DNA from: a virus
Length of the DNA: 64,000 nucleotides
Reading direction: 5' to 3' (one strand)
IMG/VR virus record: IMGVR_UViG_3300043749_000038
Span: 5,072-69,071 of that record
The position numbers and the translations under genes are program-made. Shown piece after piece: positions 38,988-48,418 of the stretch; position 1 is the first letter of the stretch; each line of letters starts with the position of its first letter. A model generated the notes under the pieces. It saw only the letters and a list, made by a program, of their open reading frames with translations, was not told where the DNA came from and did not search any database.

Positions 38988-39941
38988 TCACATGTCTTCA
39001 GCACTGCGCAAGCTAACCCATTGCGTAAAGCGCGGGGCATCTTTGATGCCTTTCGGGAACATCTTGAACTTAGACGGTTTGCCCACAATAAGCGACGGGT
39101 CCGCTAGGAACGCACGTTTGAGGTCCTCGGTCATATGACCCGGCGACGAGTTGAAGATTTGGTCTTTTTTGACAAGGAGTTTACTTTTATCGTAGACATC
39201 GTAGACGTCCACAAGCGATCGCGCAACAATAGTTCCGACCAAACCATTGGGCACTTTATTCTCCTGATGCGAGGAACGGAATTGGCGCCCAAGCTCATTG
39301 ATCTGCGCAGCGTTGAGGTTAGTTTCGCCTTCAATAACCTCTTCGACGATCGCTTCAAAGTCAACGAAATCCTTGCGGCGCAGACAGCCACCATGTCGTG
39401 GCGAGGATTTCCCTTCCTTGTGCGTTGCTTTCGGATCATAATAGCAGCTCCCTTCGTAGCCGGCGGTCATGTATTCCTCGTGGATCGCGTCGTACTCCTC
39501 GAGTGTGTGGGCAACCTTGTAGCGGAGCACGCGCAAACGCTCACCAAGCCCCGCTTCGGTAAGCTCTCGTAATTTTGCGCACAGCAGCTGATACCGGAAC
39601 TCGTACGGCTTGTCGACGGTGTCGCGTGTGACGTAATCGAACAGGTGCCACAGGGTGTACGGTTCGCCGGCGATGGTGCCCACAGCAGAGCTAGTGAGCC
39701 TGCACAGGTCCGGATGGCATTCGTGTTGAGCCGCGAGTTCACCGTCCAGACCGATGTACTGCGACCGGCTGAAGTAGGATGTGGTGTAACGGTTCTTGTG
39801 CTGCTTGAGCGTACGCGCCAACAGCGTGCCTTGCGGATTGTAACCCCGTACGCCATCTACTTTTGGGAATACCCAAATTGGGAAACGGATCTTTTCGCGC
39901 TCGTAGTTTTCCGCGCGCATGACTTTGATTTCACCGGCCAT
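38988..39941 (-). CDS. ATP-dependent DNA ligase
   Basis: KVDGVR, LDGEL, FDY, GYEG, terminal PRF motifs. Confidence 0.9.
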   Translation of the reverse strand: MAGEIKVMRAENYEREKIRFPIWVFPKVDGVRGYNPQGTLLARTLKQHKNRYTTSYFSRSQYIGLDGELAAQHECHPDLCRLTSSAVGTIAGEPYTLWHLFDYVTRDTVDKPYEFRYQLLCAKLRELTEAGLGERLRVLRYKVAHTLEEYDAIHEEYMTAGYEGSCYYDPKATHKEGKSSPRHGGCLRRKDFVDFEAIVEEVIEGETNLNAAQINELGRQFRSSHQENKVPNGLVGTIVARSLVDVYDVYDKSKLLVKKDQIFNSSPGHMTEDLKRAFLADPSLIVGKPSKFKMFPKGIKDAPRFTQWVSLRSAEDM

Positions 39942-40525
39942 TATTGGTTCTCCAGTTCGATATCGCAATTCTCGCAAACGACGTGCGAACAACCAACCCC
40001 ACCCACTTCGACGAACTTGTGTTGCTTGCACGGGATGTTGAGATAGTTCCGCCACTTAACCTTTACACCGTTGACCAGAAAGCCCCACGTCCCACGATAG
40101 CGGTAGGTGATGAATAAGGTCCAGACACCACCGCTGCTCACCTGCGTGATTTTGTGGTAGTCGCCGAAGTTAATCGAAGCGGTGTCGCCAGCTTTCCGAC
40201 GCGTGGAAGCGTAGCCCAGTGGTTCTGGACGTCGCTCCTCGTACCAGCCACGCAAAATGATCGTACGCGCGTCCCAAGGATGGTCGTGCATGTGCTCGTC
40301 GCGATCTTCGCGCAGTATGTGGTGAAGACGCACAGATGGGAAGAAGCGGCACCAGCCTTTCTTTTGGTCCGGTGCGCTTTTCGGGTATGGGTTGAACAGC
40401 CAGTAGCGGTTCATATAACCCTCGAGATGGCTGTACGGCGCCTTCATCGCACGTTTGATCAGCCAGCCCGTTACAGCAGGGCGTGCAAGCACCTTGGCTA
40501 GAAGCTTCCAGAACAGGCTCTTCAT
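39941..40525 (-). CDS. Conserved phage protein, cupin-like His motifs
   Basis: RLHHILREDRDEHMHDHPW, YHKI, WTLF. Confidence 0.6.
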   Translation of the reverse strand: MKSLFWKLLAKVLARPAVTGWLIKRAMKAPYSHLEGYMNRYWLFNPYPKSAPDQKKGWCRFFPSVRLHHILREDRDEHMHDHPWDARTIILRGWYEERRPEPLGYASTRRKAGDTASINFGDYHKITQVSSGGVWTLFITYRYRGTWGFLVNGVKVKWRNYLNIPCKQHKFVEVGGVGCSHVVCENCDIELENQ

Positions 40526-40860
40526 TTGCGCCTCCCTGCTTTACGAGCAACACGCATGCGAACTGCCAACGTCCGCTTGGCGTAGTAGACCTGTTTTTCA
40601 GCATCGTACACGCCGTCCGGGTCCGCACCCTTTTTAACCAGGCCGAGCGTGCGCTGTGCAGCACTGCGCCACAACGCTTTGAACTCGCAACCCTCGGAGA
40701 AGGTCATGCCGAGCGCTTCGATGATGTCTTCGCACTCTGCGATGTACGGAGGACGGTCGGGACGTTTCGGTTCCTCAACGACAACCGTGTAGTAGTCGAC
40801 GTCGTTGCCGGTGAATTCTTCTTTTGGCTCAATGCCGAGTGGAATTAATGGACCAGGCAT
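40522..40860 (-). CDS. DUF3310-like protein (putative nucleotide kinase family)
   Basis: ECEDII...F..G..FKALWR...D.EK..YY pattern. Confidence 0.55.
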   Translation of the reverse strand: MPGPLIPLGIEPKEEFTGNDVDYYTVVVEEPKRPDRPPYIAECEDIIEALGMTFSEGCEFKALWRSAAQRTLGLVKKGADPDGVYDAEKQVYYAKRTLAVRMRVARKAGRRK

Positions 40861-40861
40861 A

Positions 40862-41716
40862 TCACACCGCCACTTTCGCTTTGATTGCAGGATGGGGATT
40901 GTAGTCCTGAATTTCGAAGTGCTCGATCTTATAATCGAACAGGCTGGGGGCCTTGTGCAGGAAGATGGTGGGATTGCCGCGTTCTTCACGCGACAGTTGA
41001 AGCTCGACCTGTTCCATGTGGTTGGAGTACAGGTGGCAGTCACCGCCGGTCCAGATGAACTCGCCTGGTTGCAGCCCGGTCTGCTGCGCGAACATGTGGG
41101 TAAGCAGAGCATAGGACGCGATGTTGAACGGGACGCCGAGGAAGATGTCGGCGCTGCGCTGGTAGAGCTGGCAGGACAGCTTGCCTTCAGCCACATAGAA
41201 CTGGAACAGTGCGTGGCACGGTGGCAGATTCATATTCGGGATGTCCGCAACATTCCAGGCTGAGACGATAATGCGACGGCTGTCCGGGTTATTCTTGATG
41301 GTGTGCAGCGCTTCCGATATTTGGTCGATGGACTTACGAACGACGTATTCCATATAATTCCCGTCACTGTCTTCGTCGTCCACGACAGTAGTGTACGGCC
41401 AACTGCGCCACTGCGCACCGTAGATCGGTCCCAGCTCACCCGTAACAGGGTCAGCCCATTCATTCCAGATGCGAACGCCGTTGTCTTGTAGGTATTTGAC
41501 GTTCGTATCGCCGGCGAGGAACCAGATGAGCTCGTGGATGACGGACGGCATGTGGACCGACTTCGTAGTGATCAGCGGGAAGCCCTGCTGCAAGTCGAAG
41601 CGCATTTGATAGCCGAACACGGAGCGCGTGCCGGTGCCGGTGCGGTCGGTCTTGACCACACCATTGTCGCGGACGTGCCGCATGAAGTCGTGATATTGGG
41701 CGGTTGCGGTTTTCAT
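40862..41716 (-). CDS. thyA: Thymidylate synthase
   Basis: [37 protein letters not shown]. Confidence 0.97.
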   Translation of the reverse strand: MKTATAQYHDFMRHVRDNGVVKTDRTGTGTRSVFGYQMRFDLQQGFPLITTKSVHMPSVIHELIWFLAGDTNVKYLQDNGVRIWNEWADPVTGELGPIYGAQWRSWPYTTVVDDEDSDGNYMEYVVRKSIDQISEALHTIKNNPDSRRIIVSAWNVADIPNMNLPPCHALFQFYVAEGKLSCQLYQRSADIFLGVPFNIASYALLTHMFAQQTGLQPGEFIWTGGDCHLYSNHMEQVELQLSREERGNPTIFLHKAPSLFDYKIEHFEIQDYNPHPAIKAKVAV

Positions 41717-41934
41717 AGCGTGACCTCCGCCACCGATTCCAGATAGCAGTAGGCGCTACCATCAACTTGAGGGCAGAAAGTCCGTTCTTCCCGCGCAGTG
41801 GTTACTTTGGTGTGGTTGACCACAACATGTCCCCGGACCCCACGTCCGGACTTTTGCCTCACGTACTCACGCAGGGCTTCCTGGACTTCGACGTTGCTTA
41901 GCACAACCTTATCGTAAGATTTTTGGATGTCCAT
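41713..41934 (-). CDS. Hypothetical protein
   Basis: Coupled to thyA start. Confidence 0.45.
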   Translation of the reverse strand: MDIQKSYDKVVLSNVEVQEALREYVRQKSGRGVRGHVVVNHTKVTTAREERTFCPQVDGSAYCYLESVAEVTL

Positions 41935-41935
41935 G

Positions 41936-42364
41936 TTACGCTGCCTTCTTTGGTTTGGTGATCTCCAGCGACGGTGCACCGGGTTTGATTTCCAGCACTT
42001 TGTCGAAAACCTTGCGCTGTTCGTCGGTCAGCTTTTTGTAAGCGGTGACGGACAAGGACGGCGTAAGCTTGATGAGGTCCTTCAGCGGCAGGTTTGCTGC
42101 CGCAAGTTCTTCCGCATGCGTAGCCAGAAGTTCTTCCTTCGGCTTGCGGTCGATCTTGTAGGTGCCTTTCATCACCCAGCCTTCGGACATCGGGACGTTG
42201 TTCACGCCTTCTTCGGGTGCTTGGAAGAAGAAACCGAAAATCTTCTTGCGCAGTTCCATCTCGCGGACTTTATCCGCAGCCAGGCGCGCAGCCACCGCGA
42301 ACCATTCGTTAATCTCGTCCTGCGTAACGGGCGCAGGTGCTACGGACAGATTTGCTTGTTCCAT
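41936..42364 (-). CDS. Hypothetical phage protein
   Basis: GGAG RBS, biased codons. Confidence 0.6.
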   Translation of the reverse strand: MEQANLSVAPAPVTQDEINEWFAVAARLAADKVREMELRKKIFGFFFQAPEEGVNNVPMSEGWVMKGTYKIDRKPKEELLATHAEELAAANLPLKDLIKLTPSLSVTAYKKLTDEQRKVFDKVLEIKPGAPSLEITKPKKAA

Positions 42365-42400
42365 TTTAACTCCGATGAAGCGGGCTACCCCGCTGTGTGG

Positions 42401-43000
42401 TTATTCGCCCTGCGCCTTGTCCGCACGCGCGATCGCCGCTGCGTCGGAGTAACTGCCGCCGGCGTAGCGAGGTTTCTTGCCGGTAACGAGCTTGTTCTGG
42501 TTGTGGGCCATGCAGTCGTCGAGGGTGAGATATTCACCATCGCCCGTTCGTGGAGAGTCCCAGCGCAGGAATTCTTCGAAGGCGATGATCCAGTTTGCCA
42601 TCGCTTGCTTGAACTTGCTAGCATCGAATTCGCGCCCGTAGACCCAGCACTTCTTAGCTTGGTCCAGGAGTTCGCCGGCGCAGTAGGACAGGCAGTGCAT
42701 CTCGTAGTCCTGTACGGTCTGGTTGACGGTACTGCCCATTGCTTCCAGTTCCCGGATATCGTAGCCGGTCATGTTCAGCAGCGCCTGGAAGTAGAACAGC
42801 GCGTCACCACTTTCTTCGATGAAGTTGTCTTCGTCAGGTAGCAGGTAGGCCGGAACCAACTCAGCGCACTCACCGGCGATACCGATGGTTGCGTGCATGC
42901 GCTGACCGTCAGCGCCGCCCAGTTCCTTGGTGAACAGACCACGCACCATGCCCGGATAGTCCTGTGCGCGGGGCAGCGCTTTTGCTTCTGCAAGATTCAT
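42401..43000 (-). CDS. MazG-like nucleotide pyrophosphohydrolase
   Basis: GIAGECAEL...EESGDALFY, N..KL...RY motifs. Confidence 0.7.
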   Translation of the reverse strand: MNLAEAKALPRAQDYPGMVRGLFTKELGGADGQRMHATIGIAGECAELVPAYLLPDEDNFIEESGDALFYFQALLNMTGYDIRELEAMGSTVNQTVQDYEMHCLSYCAGELLDQAKKCWVYGREFDASKFKQAMANWIIAFEEFLRWDSPRTGDGEYLTLDDCMAHNQNKLVTGKKPRYAGGSYSDAAAIARADKAQGE

Positions 43001-43073
43001 TTTTCTTCCTTGGGTTAAGTTGCACATGCAACACTTAATTGTAGCGCAGCAAGGCTGCATTAGTACAGCGAAA

Positions 43074-45503
43074 TTAAGCTTCTCGCCTTGCTTTGCGGAC
43101 CTCTCGGTCTTCTTCCGTATTCATTGGAATATGGATGATACGGTAGCATTTTCCAAGGAAGTTGAATTGGGACATAGCCTTGTCTTTGGCCATTTCGGCC
43201 AAGTAACCGCTGTCGATAAGCGAACGAATGGTGCTATCTAGCGCTTGGATTTGTCCGCCTCTGTGCGACGTGAAGTTGGTGGCTTTTTGCGTGCACATTT
43301 GGAGGTATTTGCGCGGGACCACACTTGCAGTGCGCATGCCCTCCGGTACACCATAGCTTGCGGGTGCGCCATCCTTTAAGAACTTCTTAATCAAAGACAG
43401 CACTTTGCGCTCACGCGATGCGTCACCAGCGCCCACGTCACCTGTACTAATGCGCCGGCTCATAACCGCGATGTCGCGTCGGATAAGCTGCATCGCCCAT
43501 TCAGCATGGCGTTTCTCGATGGTCGGAAACACGTTATTGTCCGCTACTGCTAACAAGGCTGAGATACGGTACGCTTTCAGATGCGCACGGTTCCACATTT
43601 GTCGGAAGCCTTCGTCATCGCTGCTGTTGATCTTCTGATCGCACTCGAGATTGAACTCGTCAAGGATAAGCGCAGCTTCCCTGCTACGTCCAACCTCTTG
43701 CGTCTGATACTTGCCGTTGAGGTCAATAGCGCGCGAAGCTAGCGCACACATTGCGTCCAGCAATTCACGTGGCGGTTCCTTAACTGCCAACTCATTGTGG
43801 GCGGGACGATCGCCAACATATTCGATAATAGTGAAACGGCTCAAGAAGCCGTCTTCCATCATCGTTTCGGTTAGCGCATCGTAAAACGTGCTGGGTGTGG
43901 TCTCGCCGATCATGCTGTACGCTACACCGGACACGGAAGCAACGTTCTGTTCCTTGTTAGAGTAGCCGATACCTCCGACAATGCTCTTCGGGCCCGACTT
44001 TTGGTAAAGGTTCGTCATTACAGTACGCAAAGACTGCATCGGACCTTCCCGTCCGTCTTCTTGTCCCAGCCTGCGCAGCTTACGCCCCCACTCACCAGAC
44101 ACATTAACAAAGCAGGGATTCGCTGCAACAGCTTTCGACAATGCAGGACCAGAAGCATAGTCTGAGAAATCCACAAAGTTCATGGCGTTCGGTTCGGACT
44201 CGCGCATTGCCGCAAGCATGTTTGCAATTCCGCTGTGCATTGCCTCTTTACCGATAGCTGACTTAGCAACCAGAACCATGTAGACGTTCAGACCAGACTG
44301 CGGGATGCAGAACGCTTTCCCACACAAACCGGCTAGCATACCTAGCGCCCCAACAATCGAGACTTCTTTCACCGGGCGCGGAGAACCTTGGTAGATGTAA
44401 TACGCAAGATGACCAGCGTTACCCGGAGGCCAAGGCAGGCCAGATTCGGTTTGTGGAGGTTCGTCGTTGGCCGGTGCTTGTGTGGGCAAATTGAGCGCGC
44501 TGAAGTCCAGCACACGCATGTTAGGCGGGTACTGGAAATCGTCAATGCCTTGGGCAGCAAACAAACCGTTCACAAGCTTTTGACCCGCTTCCGCTGCTGC
44601 TGCATCCAGTTCGTCTTCTTGTTCTTCTCGTCCGCGAATCATGCGCAGCGTACGGTTAATGTAAACGTCGTCTTTGACAGCCTTCTTGCGTTGGCCGAGT
44701 TCGGTTGTGCGGAACAACCTGCGTACCTGCGCGTTCGACTTCGTGTAGAAGGTGAACATACTGAGCAGCGCAAGGTCAGCTTCCGATTGCGACGGATACC
44801 CAGTCATGTCGCCGTTGCACAGCGCGATGAACTTATCCGAGTTGTCCGCGTTGCGCGCACGTTCCATAATGGTTTCGTCGCTCTCGCTCTCTTCGATCTC
44901 GAGCAGTTGAACCTTTGGTGCGGACTTGGAACGGATCTCGTGCACAAGGATGTCAAGCAGGTCTTGAGCGTCTTTGATGTCGCGGTTCAGGTACACATCG
45001 CCTGTGCAGATGATAAAACGCTCGCGCGAGTACACCTCAACGCCGTCGCGTTTGCAACCCTGACCGATGTCACCTTTGACCCAAATGTGCCAGCCTTGAC
45101 CGGACGAACTGCGTTCGGTATAGCTATCGAATTTTTCGATGATCTTGCGGTAGCGTGCAATGTCCTCTTCCGAGGTCCATTCAACAGGCTTACCATTGTG
45201 GTCTACTTTGTTTGGGTAGTTGTGGACGTTCTTGACGTCCAGGTCAATGACGGTATAAACATCATTGGTTGACAGGATGTACCCAACACCGCAAGGACGG
45301 AACATTGCAGCAGCGTCTGCAATTGTTTCGATATCCTTCCAGTGACCTGAGCCATCCAGAGTAGGTTTGATTTTGAAGATGCCGCGAGGGCCAAAACTAT
45401 ATGGGGCTTTGAACCGACCGTCTTCGTCCGGGCCAGCAAGGCACCAAGAACGGTCCCACCTCAACTCCTCGGGAATGTTGTCATAGCAGATATTAGCAGG
45501 CAT
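43074..45503 (-). CDS. Primase-polymerase fused to helicase-like (DUF3987-type) domain
   Basis: IDLD, ERSSSGQGWHIW, SQSEADLAL, AKSAIGKE, DGFLSRF. Confidence 0.8.
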   Translation of the reverse strand: MPANICYDNIPEELRWDRSWCLAGPDEDGRFKAPYSFGPRGIFKIKPTLDGSGHWKDIETIADAAAMFRPCGVGYILSTNDVYTVIDLDVKNVHNYPNKVDHNGKPVEWTSEEDIARYRKIIEKFDSYTERSSSGQGWHIWVKGDIGQGCKRDGVEVYSRERFIICTGDVYLNRDIKDAQDLLDILVHEIRSKSAPKVQLLEIEESESDETIMERARNADNSDKFIALCNGDMTGYPSQSEADLALLSMFTFYTKSNAQVRRLFRTTELGQRKKAVKDDVYINRTLRMIRGREEQEDELDAAAAEAGQKLVNGLFAAQGIDDFQYPPNMRVLDFSALNLPTQAPANDEPPQTESGLPWPPGNAGHLAYYIYQGSPRPVKEVSIVGALGMLAGLCGKAFCIPQSGLNVYMVLVAKSAIGKEAMHSGIANMLAAMRESEPNAMNFVDFSDYASGPALSKAVAANPCFVNVSGEWGRKLRRLGQEDGREGPMQSLRTVMTNLYQKSGPKSIVGGIGYSNKEQNVASVSGVAYSMIGETTPSTFYDALTETMMEDGFLSRFTIIEYVGDRPAHNELAVKEPPRELLDAMCALASRAIDLNGKYQTQEVGRSREAALILDEFNLECDQKINSSDDEGFRQMWNRAHLKAYRISALLAVADNNVFPTIEKRHAEWAMQLIRRDIAVMSRRISTGDVGAGDASRERKVLSLIKKFLKDGAPASYGVPEGMRTASVVPRKYLQMCTQKATNFTSHRGGQIQALDSTIRSLIDSGYLAEMAKDKAMSQFNFLGKCYRIIHIPMNTEEDREVRKARREA

Positions 45504-45723
45504 TGGCAACCCCCCGGCGAGCGTCGAGTTCTTCTTTCCAAGCCTTGAGGGAGGGCGCAACCCGTTCACGGTTCCACATAAACGGGCCGCTCGGGACGCT
45601 AATTGAATCTGGAAGCTTGCCCGTGCGTCGTGCGCGCAGCAATGCGGTCCTCGTTACACCAAGGAGTTCCATTATTTCAGGGGCGCAGATATAGCGCTCG
45701 TTGAAGAGTTCTTGTTCCGACAT
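45493..45723 (-). CDS. AlpA/excisionase-like HTH protein
   Basis: EIMELLGVTRTAL...GKLP...W. Confidence 0.65.
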   Translation of the reverse strand: MSEQELFNERYICAPEIMELLGVTRTALLRARRTGKLPDSISVPSGPFMWNRERVAPSLKAWKEELDARRGVANAC

Positions 45724-45752
45724 GGTGTGGTTATTAGTTGGTGCGGACAGCT

Positions 45753-45781
45753 ATGGTAACGTGCGTTACAACTTATTGCAA
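45753..45781 (-). promoter_or_regulatory. Sigma70-like promoter
   Basis: TTGCAA-17 bp-TACCAT on minus strand. Confidence 0.6.
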
Positions 45782-45804
45782 GCCCTAACGCACGTTATTT
45801 TGTA

Positions 45805-45975
45805 TCAATGGTAGACGATGGGTGGTCGATCTTTGGTTGCTTCTTCGATTGCAATTACAGCTATGCCCACACAACCTTCACAAATGGCTGCCGAGTCGTC
45901 TGAGGCGACAACTAACTCTTCATCCTCTGCTGGTGGAGTTCCGCAGAAACTGCAAATCGTTCGGTAGCCGTTCAT
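45805..45975 (-). CDS. Stand-alone ClpX-type C4 zinc-finger protein (56 aa, not in ORF track)
   Basis: MNGYRTICSFCG...LVVA....AICEGCV; AGGAG RBS. Confidence 0.7.
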   Translation of the reverse strand: MNGYRTICSFCGTPPAEDEELVVASDDSAAICEGCVGIAVIAIEEATKDRPPIVYH

Positions 45976-46395
45976 GTTTAATCTCCTAATTCACCTTCTC
46001 TAAGTCATTCCCGACTTGCTTGTACACTCCCCGTCACAAGTGTACACATGGAACTCACCATACTTGCCCCACACACCGGACAGCTTACAATGATTAGCCC
46101 TCAAGCCAGTTTGGAAAGCCTGTTGCAAATGCTCGTCCAAAGTTCTTTGTTCGAGAATGCTATTAATAAGATTGCAAGCTATTAGATATAGCGAAACAAA
46201 GCCTAAAATAAGTAAGATTGTTTTCATGCTAATCTCCTTCAGGAACAGGTGGGATGGGATTGAGAACAAAACCCCAAAACAGAAGCCAGAGGAAGAATGG
46301 GTTATAGATCATTGTGCCTCCGGCCGATGGAGTATCCGCAGGCAAAGGCGAGCCACAGCAGAGCTTGGACGGTGACGAATATGGACCAATCGAAA

Positions 46396-47289
46396 TCACT
46401 CATCGCGCGCCTCCTTACCGATAGCTGCGCGGGAGGGCTCAGCAGGGGTGGCGTAGACCAGCGATCCAATAGCAGGGGCTTCGCCGCGTAGTTTGATCAC
46501 TGCTTCGCCATGACGCAGCCACACGCCCGCAATCTCGCCAATCGGCTCGGCAGTCGGGGCTTGGCCGATAGCGGGCGCGGCTTGAGATGCAGCGGCGCGA
46601 AACATGGCAAGGGCTTCGACAATCCTGTCGCGCGCCTTTAAGTTACGGCCGAGAGTGAGGTCTTGGCGCGCCATTTCCAGCGTGTTGCGAAGGTCATCCG
46701 ACGCCGCTACTACTGGCGCTGGCGATACGGAGGGCTGGGCGAGGGCTGCGCGGGCGTAGTCGTGCATCTGGTAGGCAGTGAAGAGTTCCACAGAGCTGTT
46801 CTTGCACCACGAACCGGGACGGCCGACGCTCACGCCGGAGAGCTGACGATGGCCGTCGTTTGGATCCAAGCCGGTAAGTCCAATCACGCCATACGCCACG
46901 CACTTCGGCAACGGCGGCAGCGCCCGCTCGTCTTGTCCGATCTTCTCGGGCTGTCCGATCTGCGGCGGTGCGCCCAGCGTCATCATAATAATGCCCGCAC
47001 TTGTTAATGCCATCTGACAGTTCATGCAGATATAATGGATACCTTCGATGTACGCAATGGAGCCGCGCGCACCGTTACCAGCTAGCTTGAGCGCTTGCTC
47101 CTCGGCGTGCCCTTTTTGCCCACACACTTCGCGGCAGAGCTCGTAACCTTGCCCGCTGGGCATACCACCTCGCGGACAAACTTCCTGCGGACGTGCTACA
47201 TCGTTGCGCCCCACCCATCGACGCCCGTCCGGGTGAACCAGCGTGCACGTCACGACTTGCTTGGCGCACGGTCCTAATTGTGTGGTCAT
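46396..47289 (-). CDS. Zn-dependent (dCMP/cytidine) deaminase-like domain fused to unknown C-terminus
   Basis: CAKQVV, GRN, HAEEQAL, CMNC motifs in first ~110 aa. Confidence 0.65.
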   Translation of the reverse strand: MTTQLGPCAKQVVTCTLVHPDGRRWVGRNDVARPQEVCPRGGMPSGQGYELCREVCGQKGHAEEQALKLAGNGARGSIAYIEGIHYICMNCQMALTSAGIIMMTLGAPPQIGQPEKIGQDERALPPLPKCVAYGVIGLTGLDPNDGHRQLSGVSVGRPGSWCKNSSVELFTAYQMHDYARAALAQPSVSPAPVVAASDDLRNTLEMARQDLTLGRNLKARDRIVEALAMFRAAASQAAPAIGQAPTAEPIGEIAGVWLRHGEAVIKLRGEAPAIGSLVYATPAEPSRAAIGKEARDE

Positions 47290-47297
47290 ACATTCTC

Positions 47298-47747
47298 CTA
47301 TTCCGGCATGATACCGAGTTGTTTAAACGACGTGATTTCGTTGCCCGCTACAATGATGTGGTCGAACACATGCACGTCAATGACGCGCAAGATGTCAAAC
47401 AAGTGTTTGGTCAATTCCTTGTCGCCAGGGCTTGGCATTTTGCTGCCTGTTGGATGGTTGTGGTACAGAATCACGCATGCTGCATTGTGCTTGATCGCAT
47501 ACTTCACAACCTCGCGCGGAGAGACCTGCGTGTAAAGCAAGCTACCACGGAACAGAACTTCGTGGTCGATGTAACGAAGTTGATTGTCCAAAGCAACGAC
47601 GCCGAAGACCTCATGCTCCATTAACCCAAGGCTGAGGGTGAGTAGCTTCCTCACGTCCTCAGGTTGGGCCATAAACTTGCCTCGTTTCGCAATGCGATTG
47701 TGCAAAATTGCCATCGCTTGTTCCACGATTACATCATCTTTATTCAA
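47298..47747 (-). CDS. RadC-like JAB-domain protein
   Basis: HEVF, PREVVK, HNHPTG..PSPGD, DHIIV. Confidence 0.9.
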   Translation of the reverse strand: MNKDDVIVEQAMAILHNRIAKRGKFMAQPEDVRKLLTLSLGLMEHEVFGVVALDNQLRYIDHEVLFRGSLLYTQVSPREVVKYAIKHNAACVILYHNHPTGSKMPSPGDKELTKHLFDILRVIDVHVFDHIIVAGNEITSFKQLGIMPE

Positions 47748-48268
47748 TTCAACCTCCTGAACAGCCTTTGCAGGCGCGATTTGTGATACAGTAAAATTTT
47801 CTCAGGTGCGCTCAGATTACCAGCTTGCGCGTTGCAATCTTTATGTGCGAGAAACTTGTTGCTGATGTGCTGCGGTCCTCCGTGGCAGACAGGTACAAGA
47901 TGCTCAATTGTTCCTTGACCTTCAGGAACATGCTCCGCACAGAAGAAACAGTCGCTACCATCGCGTTGACGGATCGTACGATATTCCACGCTTTGCGAAG
48001 GCTTACGTTTAGTTGGTGGGATAGCCCTCCATTTGGTCTCAGGATTGAGGAACTCCAGCCAGGCTTGTTGTGCATCGCCAATGAAGGAACAGGTTGCGTT
48101 CTCGTCCTTACTACGATAGACGATAGCTACACCCTTGCCCGTTTTAAAGCGGATCAATTCCCATTCATTTGTGACAGACAGCAGCTCAGCACCGCGCTGG
48201 CCCAAGAACGTCTTAAAGTTCTCGAGCCGTTTAATTACTTGGTTAGCTGTCGGCAGATCTTTACGCAT
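47744..48268 (-). CDS. HNH endonuclease
   Basis: RDG..CFFC, TIEHLVP..GG, N...AH..CN. Confidence 0.8.
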   Translation of the reverse strand: MRKDLPTANQVIKRLENFKTFLGQRGAELLSVTNEWELIRFKTGKGVAIVYRSKDENATCSFIGDAQQAWLEFLNPETKWRAIPPTKRKPSQSVEYRTIRQRDGSDCFFCAEHVPEGQGTIEHLVPVCHGGPQHISNKFLAHKDCNAQAGNLSAPEKILLYHKSRLQRLFRRLN

Positions 48269-48418
48269 AATCCAAGTAAGTCAGCGGTGGATATTGACGA
48301 TCGCACCAATCTCGAACCATGCGCTCGATGCCAGTTTCGCCCATTTCGTTGGCGTCCCGTTCGGTCAGTGTGGTTACAAAGATAGGCTTCTCCTTCTCTT
48401 CTACTACAGCATAGATTT

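Noticed and set aside
45493-45723. Excisionase implying a temperate lifestyle
   Set aside because: No integrase, att site or repressor switch seen in the window
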